Shown: positions 8,947-22,236, counted from the stretch's first letter. The stretch: 31,210 nt of DNA from Paraspadella gotoi (GCA_051294375.1 CM119270.1:10695332-10726541); one strand, 5' to 3'. The notes: a model not told the origin generated them from the sequence alone. Made by a program: numbers and translations.

Positions 8947-10198
8947 CGAGGGAGAGAAATAATTTCTCTGGCAAAATGAGAGGCTATAAAAAAGTTGAGG
9001 AAAAACGACGTTTTTATCTGAGAAAAGTCTTGAGAATCCGACGCTGACTTTGGCTTCGGAGTTAAAGAAGCGACGATTTTCATACTAATAATAATTTTTA
9101 TAAATATGGCCTCTTCTTTGTTGGTTTTCTTATCAGCTTCAAACACATTCACATCTTTAAAAAATGTAATTCTTCAGGCAGCGACGACGACGAGAGTAAA
9201 ATTTATTGTATATTGTAAAAGCAATAAAATTCGTGGCGGGAAGTGACAAATGAGAGAAAAGCGTGAAAGGAAAGAGGAACGTTGTAGATAATAAGTCATA
9301 TTCATGGGGTTCGAGTCGAGTTTGAATTTTGAATAGAGAAAAGAAAGAAGGCTGGGTGAGATTCTCTCGTAAACCTTAAAAAAAGTGTTGTTTCTGTTAT
9401 TATATTGTCTATGAAAGACCAACTAAACTGAAAGGTTTCCCAAAACGGGAAATAATGACGAAGAGACAGAAAGGCACATGTTGCGTCGAGACAGGCCGTA
9501 GCACGTTCACAGGCGTTTATCGGGCTCACCCATAGAGCACTTCATCTTCTGCTGGAATAATTCGGAACAGATTAACAATTAGTTTATAGAATTTACCATA
9601 CACATTAAACACTGTCTCGCCCACACCATGGTACCAAGCAAAGCAGCACTCCCACGCTTTGTTTCCCTCCCTTTGTCATTTGTCCGCTCTATAATTCTTC
9701 TTAATGTCGTTTTGTCCTTTTTTATCATCGCTTTGTCATTTTTATCGCCGGTCGATCTTCGTTTTCTCGGATTGTCATTTTTACGATTCGTCGAGCACGT
9801 CGAAGTTGAGAAAAAGGGTTTTTCTTCCTATTTCATTTTGTACTGGCAACAATTTTAAGAAATTTAATAATAAAGCTTTCTTGTTAACTCGGACTGAGCA
9901 AAAATTCTTTTCTGCCAAATTGTTTGATCTTTTTTTATAATATTACACATTGTAACTTCTAAATTAAACGAAATAAATTTATTTTCTATCGGAAAACAGA
10001 ATGGCAACAAGAAAAGAAATTGATCATCGAAAACATCATAAAAATCTTTGAACAGCAGCAACAGCTGCAGCAGCAGCAACAGAAAAAGTACCAGTTTAAG
10101 CCAATTCTCGACAAATTCCCACTCTGGGATTTCTCACTAGGTTGCAGCTGACAATCTAGCATCGTCGATCAAAATTTCGAATTAGCACGAGCTCTGAC

Positions 10199-10323
<125 letters not shown>

Positions 10324-10875
10324 TCTCACAAATTCTTCACCTCAAATCAAAATCAGATGTCATGTGATTCTCTCATCCATCACTTTGATTTCTCTGTCGC
10401 GAGGGGGCGTTTTTCAATTTTATATTATATCCTCTCTCTTTCCCTTTTTTATTCTTTTCTCTTTCATTAGTTTTTTCTTTGCTTTTTAGACCAGATTCCC
10501 TTGAAGAAATTATATTCTTCTTTCATTTATTTTCTTTGTTTCTAAGTTTTTGTTTTTTCTTATTTTTTACTTTTTCGTTGGTTTTTTTTTTTCTTCAATT
10601 TGTCACCTTGTGACTAGTGATTAAAATGTTTTCTACAGTCATACTTCCTCTTTTATATTTGTATTTATTCTTTTATATTGTTGCCCTTTTTTCTATCTTC
10701 TTTCATTGTTGGCCCATTTTTCCCTTTCTCCTTTATATTGTTGCTCCCTTCTCAATTTGGGTTTTCCCTTCTCCAATCTTCATCGGCGTCTCCTGTGATT
10801 AAAGGAGACGGAAAGCCGAGGGAGAAAGGAGATTCCGGTGCTTGAACCACTTCCGCCTATTTCCTCGCATTCTCC

Positions 10876-10884
<9 letters not shown>

Positions 10885-10957
<73 letters not shown>
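10885..10957 (+). repeat. (CT)n microsatellite
   Basis: Perfect run. Confidence 0.97.
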
Positions 10958-10961
<4 letters not shown>

Positions 10962-11673
10962 TTCTTACTCATTTTTCCTTTTTCTCTCTTTATTTTTCTC
11001 AATACCCCAGCGTTCCTTCTTCGCTCCTTCATTATTCTTCTTCTTTCTTTGTATTTTTTAACATTACTAGCAGCTACTATTTATGTAATTGCAATCATTA
11101 GCTAATTACTATTCACTCTCACTCAACCAATAAATGCCTTTCTTTTTATTATTTCTTCCTCTGACTTTTGTTTTTCTTTCTTTCTTTTTTTCTTTCTTTA
11201 TTTCTTTTTTTTCTTTCACTCGTTCTTTCTTTCTTTCTCTCTTTCTTTCGTCCTAACATCGTTTTTCCCCTCCATCTTTCCCGTTGCTTTCGCCCTTTTT
11301 CTATTAGAGAAACGAGTTTTTTCTCGCGTTTCATTTCTCTTGAAATCTCCGTAATCCGTTATTCATATTTCACATCGAAAAAAAAAAGATAAAAAGAAAA
11401 AAAAAATTCTGAAAACAATTTTTGGGAAGAAGAAGATGAAGAGGAGGAAGAGGAGAAGAAAGCTTTTCAATGAGAAAAAGTTTGTTTTACAAAGTGGAAC
11501 ACATAGTTATATCGAGGAAAAATGGGAGGTGAAAATTAAAAATTTTGTTAAGAGAGTGATACCTAATCTCGTTCTATAGTAAATCCTTTATTTTTACAAC
11601 TTTCTTTCCTATTTCATGTAGTAGATTTAGCATTTCGTTTAGGCCGTTCCTTGTTCCTTATTATTTTGACTAT

Positions 11674-11679
11674 TTCTCT

Positions 11680-11746
<67 letters not shown>
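11674..11746 (+). repeat. (CT)n microsatellite
   Basis: Interrupted run abutting the LINE fragment. Confidence 0.95.
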
Positions 11747-11747
11747 A

Positions 11748-12197
11748 CGAGTCAAGAGAAAATTAAAAGATATGAAATCTCACGAAAAACATATTGGCGA
11801 AAAAATCGAAATGGAAAGAGATAGTGGAAAAAAAATGGAACTTAATTAATAAAATTATTGGTCATAATCGTGAAGGTACAAAGGCTGACTGCATGCTAAA
11901 GAAAGAAGACGGCTCATACACGCAAAATAAAAAAGAAAAACTCGATCACTTTGCTGAAAGAATGAGTGATGTCCACAAACTTCCAGAGGCAAACAAAAAC
12001 AATCAGTGGATTTTTGACGATGTAAAAAGTTTTCAGGACAAAGTCAAAGAAAAGTATATTTTTAAACCAAAAACCAATATTAGCCATTCAGAAATAACAA
12101 CGACATGCAACGTTGATTTTGTATTAGAATGTATAATGTATAAAATCTTAAAAACAAATCAGCACCTGGCAAGGATGGAATCACTCCTATGATGATG
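11748..12197 (+). mobile_element. Non-LTR retrotransposon (LINE; I/Jockey-like) ORF2 fragment covering the endonuclease-RT linker, frameshifted
   Basis: RVKRKLKDMK..EKIEMERDSGKK / WNLINKIIG..LKKEDGSYTQNKKEKLDHFAERMSDVHK..VDFVLECI / NLKNKSAPGKDGITPMMM. The KSAPGxDGI motif (12156-12182) is the classic pre-RT motif and lies in a different frame from the listed 11794-12192 ORF. Confidence 0.85.
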
Positions 12198-12320
12198 AAC
12201 AAATTTGAGCAAACAATGCAGGATCTGCCCACGATCATTAGCGGTAAGCAGCTGATTAAATTAATTAATTAATAAAAAAATTAATACTAATTATTTAATT
12301 AATTAATTAATTAATTTTAA
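12198..12320 (+). mobile_element. Terminal block of the same repeat family (copy C, opposite orientation) that truncates the LINE
   Basis: AACAAATTTGAGCAAACAATGCAGGATCTGCCCACGATCATTAGCGGTAA closely matches the reverse complement of 26018-26068 and 5685-5722, followed by (TAAT)n. Confidence 0.7.
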
Positions 12321-13080
12321 TTTTTTATTCTCCTTATTTTTTGTTGTTGTTGTATCAACGAAGGAAGTAGAAAAGACAGAAAAGCCAAGAGAGGCAATCC
12401 ATTTGGTCTATCGGATTCATCTACATCTACATTCGTCTACATTTCCTGCAATGGTATATTTTCTTTTTCTTTGTCCATATAGGCCGCAAGTTGCTTGCCC
12501 AGGGCCGTATCCGTTTATTCATTCATTCATTTATTCTCTCTTTCTCTCTCTCATTTTCCTAACATTTCAACTACTTTTTCTTCATCTCGATTTTCCGCTT
12601 TTTTACTCTCCAACTCCCTCTCTCTTCTCTCTTCTCCCTCTCTCTCTCTCTCTCTCCCTCATCTTCCCCCTCTCCCTCTCTCTCTCTCCCTCATCTCCCC
12701 AGCCACTGGGTGGTTTTCATAACCGTCTTCACGAATCCATTAATCACAAAAGTCGCGCGGCTCGAGTTTTAGATTCGAATCCTGGAACAGAAAAAAAAGA
12801 TTAGCCTCATCCTCTGAAATTTCACTCTTCGCTTTTACAAAATTCCGTTGAAAAAGTAGTTATCGTGTAAATATTAAACGAAGAGAGACTGTACAATGCT
12901 ACAAAAATATGTTACTTTCCGAATTGATGTATAAGCACGTGAAGCAATGAACTAGAAACAAGCGCATACCGATTTTTTAATCTCTGAAACAAAAATATTT
13001 TTCCCCACTTTGTAAGAAACTTTTGGCCGTTTGTTTGAGCGATAACTCATTTCGCTTGAGACAAACAAAAGTCATTAACT

Positions 13081-13158
13081 TCCGAGGAGTTCTTTAAAAG
13101 TAAAATGTAATGCTTGGTCCGGAGGAGTTCATAAAAGGTAAAATGCAATGCTTGGTCC
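13081..13158 (+). repeat. Two-copy ~38-bp tandem repeat
   Basis: TCCG(G)AGGAGTTC.T.AAA.GTAAAATG.AATGCTTGG twice, plus TCC. Confidence 0.9.
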
Positions 13159-13379
13159 AGATATAAAAAACAATCATTCATTCTTACGAATCAATTTGCA
13201 TTCTTCATCGAATCGAGTACCAAAAATGAAGGATGAAGCGATTGTGAATTTGTTTTTTTTCTCTATCATTTTCCGTCATAACAAATCCTACGTTTATATT
13301 TTGAACCTCTTAAAATCTTTTCAATTAATCAAAGTAATTATTTTTAGTTATCTTATTTTAGTTCAATCTTTGAGTTGAC

Positions 13380-13640
13380 ATCATCGCCCGAACGTCGCGT
13401 TCCTTCGAATCTCCCCGCTCACCCGGGGGGAAACTGGGTCACCTTCTCCGCCCCCGCCCCGGCTCCGCCCCGGCTCCGCCCCAAAATGAACTATAGAAGA
13501 AGCGGAAATCTACTCTTCGCCGATGCCTCCCCAAGGGAAGGAGGTTTCGCTCTTCCCCATTACCCCCTCTTCCCCATTAGCCCCTTTTCCCCCTTCTCCG
13601 CTCGAGCTAATCACGTGTGCCGCTCATCACGTGATTCCAA
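13380..13640. promoter_or_regulatory. GC-box cluster / promoter-like island
   Basis: Four CCGCCCC boxes in 13448-13482 (including tandem GGCTCCGCCCC), ETS-like GCGGAAAT near 13502, and CACGTG E-boxes near 13612 and 13628 (ATCACGTGAT). Confidence 0.4.
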
Positions 13641-13897
13641 AAATCTAACCCCAACCTCAGCCTCTTCTCTTATCCCCCGTCCTTACCCCAAAAAAATCAA
13701 ACGTAAAAAAAGGAAAAAAAGATTAAGTTTTCGCTTCGCCAAACAGCTGAGACGAGCTGCCGCTTTAATTTCCCAAGTTTGCAATAATTTTTCTTTTTTT
13801 TTCCTTTTTTTTTTTTTGCCTTCGTCGTGTTCCCTTGAAAGTTGCGATGGCAAAGGAACTGGATCCCCCTTGAACAAACAACGCTCCAGGCATGAAC

Positions 13898-14001
<104 letters not shown>

Positions 14002-14277
14002 AACAAAAACACACAGACAAATTATTTTTCTCCTCTTCAATTCTGACCATGAAAGGGAAATACACTCACATTGCACGGATGAACAATTTTTTACATTTAC
14101 TAAGTTTAATTAGTTTAATAGAAGAAAGAGCGTAACAAGATAGTAAGATAGTAAGATATAGCAGAATTTTTCTTATATCTTTCTTTTATTCTTAATGGGC
14201 GCCAAATCTGGCAACAGCCAATGATTATTCTCCTCCCTTCTTTCTTCTTCTCCCGCAAACAAGTATAACGTCAGAAT

Positions 14278-15088
14278 AAAAGCCTTCCCCCTAGCGGGTG
14301 TCTCGGGGCGATACCGGGTGGTCATAACTAGGTATTGCCTCTGGGGGTGGCCAAAAACTGTATACCTCTGTATACCCCCAAGGGGCAATTTCTTTTAATA
14401 TTTAGGGGTGGCAACTGGGCAGATCCCCAAATTAAAAACAAAATTCATTACGAAAACAAATATTTTTTTCTTGAGTAATCCAATATAAAAATATGTTTAA
14501 AAATATATATGAAATTGGTACAACCAATATAAAAATATATGATGATTACTACGAAATTATAATCTTTCAATAAATACCCTAATAACAAAGTATAATGTAT
14601 TAAAAAGTTATTGTTTACAAGAAAAATTTTAAACTGTTTTAATATTTCAATAAAATATAAAAAAAATATGATAATTATTAAATTAAAGGGTTAATATAGG
14701 TATCAGATTAAAAAAAAATAATTTTTTTATAAAATATTATATTTTTTTTATTCTTAAAAAAATAACAAACTTCTTATAAAATAAGAATAAAGATTTGGTA
14801 AAAAATTTTTTTTAAAAGCCTAGCCTTTTTTGTTTAAAATTGTTTTATCTGTTTTTTTTTATCCCAGGGGAAGCTTTTTTTACCCCCTGGAGTTATCATT
14901 TTATTTTATTATTTCCAAAAGGAATTAGCATTGGGAGCGCCCCTCTACAGGTCAAAAATCTATTTTCCAAAGGGTTACCCCTAAATATATTGCATTAAAG
15001 GAACTTTTAAATGATTAAAAATCTTTTTCCCCCAGGGTAGACTGCCCCAGGGGGCAGCCCCTACTATCCCCGCAAGGGGAAGCCTTTT
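14278..15088. mobile_element. MITE-like non-autonomous DNA transposon with degenerate TIRs
   Basis: AAAAGCCTTCCCCCTAGCGGG (14278-14298) versus CCCGCAAGGGGAAGCCTTTT (15069-15088); internal inverted ATATTTAGGGGT (14398-14409) / ACCCCTAAATAT (14977-14988); CCCC/GGGG-rich arms and a very AT-rich core. Confidence 0.6.
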
Positions 15089-15762
15089 TGAGCGACGGTA
15101 TATCTCCCCGCATTTCCTTTTCTCCGTCGGGACCGAATCAAAACTAAATAATAATAATAAAAAAGAAGATTTCATCTTCTCTCACTCTCTCTCTCATCGT
15201 CTTTCGTTTCGTCTTTTTGTTTCTGAATCCGAATTCGGGTCAGACTGGGTCCAGTGGGTCCCGGTTTGACTCCAAGGCTCTTCCAAGCGCGCCCAGGGAG
15301 ATGCAGCCGTTGGATTTCATCCTTGCTTTTTGTTTTCGTATGAGTTCTGTTGTTCTTGAAATCGGATACTCTAATACCATTTAATTTTTCGGACTTTCTT
15401 ATTTCGGAGAGGAAAACAACCGTCGTTTATTATCTATTTATTTGTTTTGAGGATTATTTTGCTACGTATAAATTTGCAAACAATTTAATTCATAAATAAC
15501 CCTTTAATTAGATGAAATATCCATTTCTCTTTTCGATGGGTTAAAATGCGCAGATCCTAAAAACTCCTCTTAATTAATCAGTCGAATCATCACCCAATGA
15601 TAACCTCACACTCGACACCCACAACTACTCAAGTCGGCGTCGACTCGCAAGTCGATTGCCCCGCGGAGAATCAATCAGATCGAAAAACAAAAACATTTTC
15701 GGTCAGAATTAATATTTTCTTTCGGAATCCATTTCCTTTTCCGGCGGTAAAAGGTTTTATCT

Positions 15763-15765
<3 letters not shown>

Positions 15766-15832
<67 letters not shown>

Positions 15833-15955
15833 GCTTCTCTTCTCTCTCTCTCTTCTCTCTCTCTCTCTCTGCTCTCTCTCTCTCTTCTCTCTCTCTTCTC
15901 TCTCATCTCTCTCTCTTCTCTCTCTCCCTGCCTCACGTCTCTCTACGTCTCTCTT
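15766..15955 (+). repeat. Imperfect (CT)n microsatellite
   Basis: Directly visible. Confidence 0.93.
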
Positions 15956-16765
15956 CACGGCACATCGTCACATCCGATATCTGCCGATAACGTTCGTCAA
16001 ACAAACGTTTGGATTCGATATTTTCTTTCCTCTTTTTCGTTTTGCTCAGCGATCCTTCACTGAATTGAGGTCACTTCATTTTAAGACAAACTGTTGAATT
16101 TAAATTTAGTCCAAAGTCCAAACCCTTTTTACATAATAAACACTTTACTTTTTTCCCCAAGTATCTGTAAAGTTAACTAATCTCCTGAGCTCGTCACCAT
16201 ATTTCACTTTCTTTTTCTCGATTACTCTACTCCTCTTTCCTTCCATTTGCCCAATAATCTTTTTCTCCTTACTTATCTTCTACTCTTTTCTTTCTCTTTT
16301 CTCCTATCAACCCTATCTTTCCACTATTTCTATTCTTTCTTCATCTCTTCTCTTCCTTCCCTTCCTCCCTCCCCCTTTCTCTCTCCCTCTCTCCTCCCCG
16401 CCTGCCGTCTTTCATTCAGCCCGTGCGTTTTATTCCGTCATAAAACTCCGTCTCTCCGAAGCAACATCGCTTCCTTTATGCAACAACTCACTGGCTGCTT
16501 TGATGGTAATCGAAAACTGTGAGCTTTTCGCGCAGCACAGAGGGCGTTCTCACTTTTCTTCAAAAAATGTTTCAAACTGAATAGATTTTGACTTATTTTT
16601 AAATTGACGAGTAAAGCTTACTTGATGCAAAGTTGAAAGTTATACTTTGAAAATGATCTTGCGTATTTCTATGGTTATATTTTATGATCTGTTCTCCCCT
16701 TATTCTTTCCTTTCTTCTCGAATTTCATACTTTCTTTCTTTATTCTTTCTACCTATTTTTTCGTC

Positions 16766-16769
<4 letters not shown>

Positions 16770-16820
<51 letters not shown>
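16770..16820 (+). repeat. (CT)n microsatellite
   Basis: Perfect run. Confidence 0.97.
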
Positions 16821-16823
<3 letters not shown>

Positions 16824-17793
16824 TTCTTTTCCTCACTTCCCTTCCAAGCTCGCTTCGTTGGCCACAAATTACAACTCCAGCAAAGAGCAAGGCAGCGAGA
16901 AGGTGGCAGCTGCAGGAATGAACGTTGCGCCGAAACAAAAAAAAATCTGGGTTCAATTAACTCTTTCTCCCTCAAATCCCATAAAGCGAGAGAGAGAGAG
17001 AGAGCGAGTGGCTGCCGCTTTGACGCGTCGATCCCTTTACGACGTTTGACGAATTCCGTTCGTTTGTAAAACTTTTTTTCGATTCCGAGTGGATTTTATT
17101 ACGGCCGTTTTCTTTTTTTATTTATTTATTTTGTTTGCGTTTTTTGTTAACACAAACCAAATATTTAGTCATTTAATGTTTATTTTTTTGAATATTTATT
17201 ATCTATATTTGGTATTATTATATTGAATTTATTGTATCATTCATATCTACTATCTAATACAAAAGGAGAGAAAGCAATTTGAGAAAAAAATGTATGGGAT
17301 TTTAAAGAAATGTGATAAAGATCAGGAAAAAAGGTAATGATTACTTAAGCCCAAAAAAAAGTAAGTGAAGAAAGAAGTGAGTTTCAACTGAAGCTGTGCA
17401 GGTGGGAGCTCAAAATTAACGATGACTGAATGGTTTTTCGGCCTCCCTCATTCCTTTCCTATCCTTTCCTTTCCTTCCCTTTCTTTCGACTTTCCTTTCC
17501 TTCCCTCATTCCTTTCCTTTCTTTCCCTTTCTTACGACTTTCTCTTTTCTCTTTCAAACTTTCATTGCATTTCACGATGCTTCGTAGTATAATAAATCAG
17601 TTTTTAAACTTTCTTTCAAATGTATTTTAATTGTATACGCTTAATGATCTTTTCAAATCTTACTTTCCTTCTTACCCTTGAGAACAAACACCCTTTTTTC
17701 ATCGACTTTTATCGATTTTTCCTCCGATTTGGAAATTTCCGAAATTCGCCTGAAGCACGACTGCATTTCCGCAATGAAACGCTCGCGCACGAA

Positions 17794-17796
<3 letters not shown>

Positions 17797-17876
<80 letters not shown>

Positions 17877-17888
17877 TCTCTCTCTCTC
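17797..17888 (+). repeat. (CT)n(CTAT)n microsatellite
   Basis: Directly visible. Confidence 0.95.
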
Positions 17889-17955
17889 AATTATCCCAAG
17901 GGAGACCGCCCGCCAATTCTTGATCGAGATCGCGTTACGCTTCTATTTCGAACGC

Positions 17956-18045
17956 CCTCTCCTATCCTCTCCTATCCTCTCCTAATCCTATCCTCTCCTA
18001 TCCTATCCTCTCCTATCCTCTCCTCTCCTCTCCTCCTCTCCTATC
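17956..18045 (+). repeat. (CTCTCCTATC)n penta/decamer repeat
   Basis: Repeated TCCTA/TCCTC pentamers. Confidence 0.9.
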
Positions 18046-18633
18046 AGTATCACTCCTTTTGTTCCTTCTCTTTGTTTTTCTTTCTATTTTTCCTCTTTTT
18101 TTTTTCTTCTTCTCTGTATATCATTTTACTTTCTCCCTCTCCTTCTTTTAAATTCGCCTAATTGACTCAAAAACAAAAACAAAAACTGCAGCAACAACAA
18201 CAAAAAACAATAATAAGAGAAGAACTCAGATGGAAAATTTTAAAATTTTTATGATTTTGGTTCAAACTTCTCTAACTACCAGGTGAGCCTGTTCTGATTG
18301 GATCACCTTTGCGTCTAATCAAAGTGACGGTGAAACTACGTCGCATCAACGACGTCAAGAGAAAACGTGATCAATCGATTAACTGGTTGAAACTAACTTA
18401 ATATTTAGAGCTTAAATATGAAAAATGTATATATGTACCTATATGCAAATTTCACGACTGGTTTTGAATCCACGATGATAAGAAACAATATAAAAAAATA
18501 GAAGAGCGCTATATTCACAAGTTATATTCTCTAGTCTCACAGCAGAAAATATGCTAACGAAGAAAACGTGGAATACAGTGAATAAGGTTTCGCTCTGAAA
18601 AACGATTATCATAAAAATTTTTAGGCCTCCGGT

Positions 18634-19078
18634 CGATGTGGTGACGTATATATGGTGATGGGGTGATGTGGATGTGGTGATGGGGTGATGCGGATGTGGT
18701 GATGAGGTGAATTGATGTGGTGATGGGTGAGTGTGTGATGTGATATGGTGATGGGGTGATGTGGTTGGGGTGATATAGATGTGGTGATGGGGTGATGTGG
18801 ATGTGGTGATGGGGTGATGCGGATGTGGTGATGAGGTGAATCTGATGTGTTGATGGGGTGATGTGGTGATGGTGATATGGTGATGGGGATGATGTGGTTT
18901 GGGTGATATAGATGTGTGATTGGGGTGATGTGGATGTGGTGATGGGGTGATGCGGATGTGGTGATGAGGTGAATCTGATGTGGTGATGGGGTGATGTGGT
19001 GATGTGGATATGGTGATGGGGTGATGTGGTTTGGGTGATATAGATGTGGTGATGGGGTGATGTGGATGTGGTGATGGT
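18634..19078 (+). repeat. GGTGATG-based minisatellite with a ~130-bp higher-order unit
   Basis: GATGCGGATGTGGTGATGAGGTGAA recurs at about 18687, 18816 and 18949; GGGTGATATAGATGTG recurs at about 18768, 18901 and 19033. Confidence 0.9.
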
Positions 19079-19170
19079 CCTTAGCACATTTGTTACCCCC
19101 AAGTGTTTCTTTATTTAGATTAGTTTTTTATAAACAAAACCTGGGCTATTATGATGTTGTTGATGAAAAC

Positions 19171-19233
<63 letters not shown>
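19171..19233 (+). repeat. (GAT)21 microsatellite
   Basis: Perfect run; source of the poly-D/I/S ORFs. Confidence 0.97.
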
Positions 19234-19414
19234 AGCATAAAAAGAACCAGAAAATTCACTCGTAAAGATGACGACGACGACGACGATAACGACGTTGATG
19301 TCGTCGAATTTTCTCTCCGACGCCACCGACGACAACGAGGACACAAAAAGCTCATCGCTGCTCATTTTCTAGAAAATCTCAAGCGATTATTATTGCCACT
19401 CGTTTGCAGAGAAT

Positions 19415-19429
19415 GAGAGAGAGAGAAAG

Positions 19430-19507
<78 letters not shown>

Positions 19508-19509
19508 AG
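19415..19509 (+). repeat. (AG)n microsatellite
   Basis: Interrupted run. Confidence 0.95.
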
Positions 19510-21145
19510 GCGCTCATACGTTATTCGAAAAAAAGAGAGAAAAAAACGCATTATCATATTCTCCGTCGAGAGATGATTATGATGATGACGATGACGATGA
19601 TTTTAACGTCGATGAAGACGATGACTATGATGATGACAGTCGGTGAATTGCTAAGGGACATCATGGAATAATGCGTGAATATGTGATTGATTTCAATTCC
19701 GTCTGTTGACTCTGTTCACGTTCTTTCGCAGAAAAAACTGTCGCTTTTTTTTTTAATAACTTTAATAAAAAAAAATAGTCAAGAATTTAGTTATTCGTGG
19801 AATTTTCCCATCATTGTAAACAACAAAAAGTAGACAGTAGCAGCGTGCCCTCGAATTACCGTAAAACTCCTATCCCCATAAGACGTCCACTTTATCTCTT
19901 TTTTCGCTTCTTTTCAACCCCTTCTCCACCCCTTTTCCCTAAACGAGCCCCGTCCAGACCCCTCAACAATTACTCCCTCCTACATTATAGAGTCGTTAAG
20001 TTTCTTCGCTCAAAATTGTTTTCGGTTTTACTTTCAATTTTCACTTTTAACTTTTCTCTCTTTTTCTCTTTTCAATTTTTTTTTTTTTTTTAAGATTCTT
20101 TCACTTTTAGGTTTTTTTCTTTCGCTTATTTCGCTTTTTTTCTAATTTTCACATTTGACCTGTTGCGAAACTATTTTTTAGGAAAGAGGTTTACTCAATA
20201 TACAATATAACGTTCGCAATCTTAAACTTTAACTTAAATGCAATAAGGCTTAACGTTTAATATTGCATTCAAATTTAATTTATGTACCCAGAGTTAAACT
20301 TCACTTTAAAAATTTAATATATTTTTTCTCGTTCTCCTCCTCCCTTTCCCCATCCTTTAATCACCACCCCACTCCTTGTTCTCTTGCTCCCTTTTCCTTT
20401 CCATTCATAACCTCCTCTTCGCATTCATTTCCCCCTTTCCCTTTCCATTCATCACCCCCTTTCCTCGATCATTCCCTCTGATTCGCATTCAATTCGACGC
20501 ATCAGCGGAGATTCACGCCAACCCGCGATAAATTCTCAGTGAAAAAACAACCATGCCATCTTGACAACAAAGAATCCCAGATTCTCTCTCCCCTTTTCCT
20601 TTTTTTCTTTGTTCTTCCCTTTCACCCTTTTCCCTTTTCTTTCCTTCTCACCCATTTTACTTTTTTCTTTGCTATCATTCCATTTTTTTCTTACTTTTTC
20701 ATTGCTTTCCCTTATACTATTCATTCTTTTCCATTTAACTCTCACAGATTTTCCCTTCTTTTCATTTTCTCTTTCTCTCACAACTTTCCATTTCTCTTTC
20801 ACTTCTATGATCTTCTTTTTCTTTTCTCTCCTTTTATCCCTTTCCCCTTCCCTCATTCCCTTCCACCCCAAGCTTCGACCAGGTTGTCCCCCTCTCCACA
20901 CCAAGCAAGCTTCGAGCGGTGTGGCCCCGTTGACATGAATCGTTGTTTAAAATCCGATGAGCTACAACTCCTCCGCCTTTCTGTCTCGACCTCTCAGTTC
21001 ATCTGCCCCCTTCCCACGATCTACCCCCAAATCTCCCCCTATCACTCTCCCCCCCACATCGCTTGTCATGAAAGTCAAAAACGTTTTCCTCGCTTCAATA
21101 ACTTCAGGCTTCTAAAGTGCGGCATCTTCAATGAACTCTATAGAC

Positions 21146-21148
<3 letters not shown>

Positions 21149-21238
<90 letters not shown>
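21149..21238 (+). repeat. (CT)n microsatellite
   Basis: Near-perfect run. Confidence 0.96.
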
Positions 21239-21243
<5 letters not shown>

Positions 21244-22236
21244 CTTTCTTCTGCTGTGTGACATCATCGCAGTCTCCCTTCCAGTCTGTTCTTCTGTCTC
21301 GCTGACCAGTAAACCATAAGTCTTGCGTCGACCTTCTCAACTTTGACCTTTTGGCTCGAGGAGCGGCTTCGCTACTCTGTGCGAGACGAGAACGTTTACA
21401 AAGAAAGAGAGAATGAACCGAAAGAAATAACTAAAGACGAATCGGGATTTAAAACAGAAAAACAGACGAAAAAGGAAATAAAAAAAAAACGGGGAAAAGT
21501 AAACAGAAAAATAAATAGGTTCCTCGCTGGTCTCACACGAACCTAATTAACCTGTTCAGAGCTCGGTCTCTCGCCCGCGGTTTACGTTTTCTACTTTCTT
21601 TGCTCTCGTTCCCTCGCTTTTCCTTCTTTCCGATCTTCCATCTCTCTATTATCCCTTTACTACTCATTCCCGAATTCCCCTCTCATCCCCCTTCCTATTC
21701 GAAGATCTCGTCCCCTCTTCCCTCCCCGGATGTAAAGAGTCTCATGAAAATAGAAATCTCATTCTCTTCCGTCAATCACGGTTTTTCTCCTCCCGTCCTT
21801 ATCTTCTTTTCCTCTCTATTTCCTTCCCTATCTCTTTCTGTCAATCTTCTCTCGTTCTTGTTCTTCTCACTCCGTCTCTCTTTCTCCATCGCTCTCACTG
21901 CCTCTCTATCTTTTCTTCTTCTCTATTTGGCTATCTCTCACTTTCTCTAGCCGTCTCCGTGCCCTTCCAGAAGATCATAACTCAATTTCTTCGTCCACCA
22001 TCTCCGTCTCCCGATCGCAGCAGCATTCTTTTCTCGCCGCAGCGACGCTGCTTTCCCCGCGCTGTCGCAGCGTTACCGGCGGTGGTCGGCGTCTTCCCTG
22101 CCTGCGGCGGCCGGCGGTCGGTCGGTGAAATACTTCAACGAACCGGATTTAATCGGAAGGGCGCGGGATCGATTCCCATCGTCGAGCGTTCGGTGAGCGC
22201 GAAATGTCCGGCGACACGCCCACGACCTAATGAAGT

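Noticed and set aside
11794-12192. Host protein-coding gene
   Set aside because: Flanked by frameshifted LINE ORF2 sequence including APGxDG, so treated as a TE relic.
18270-18288. Plus-strand CTAAC..CAG|GTGAG splice or recursive site
   Set aside because: Branch motif is too close to the AG, the pyrimidine tract is weak and no upstream exon is identifiable.
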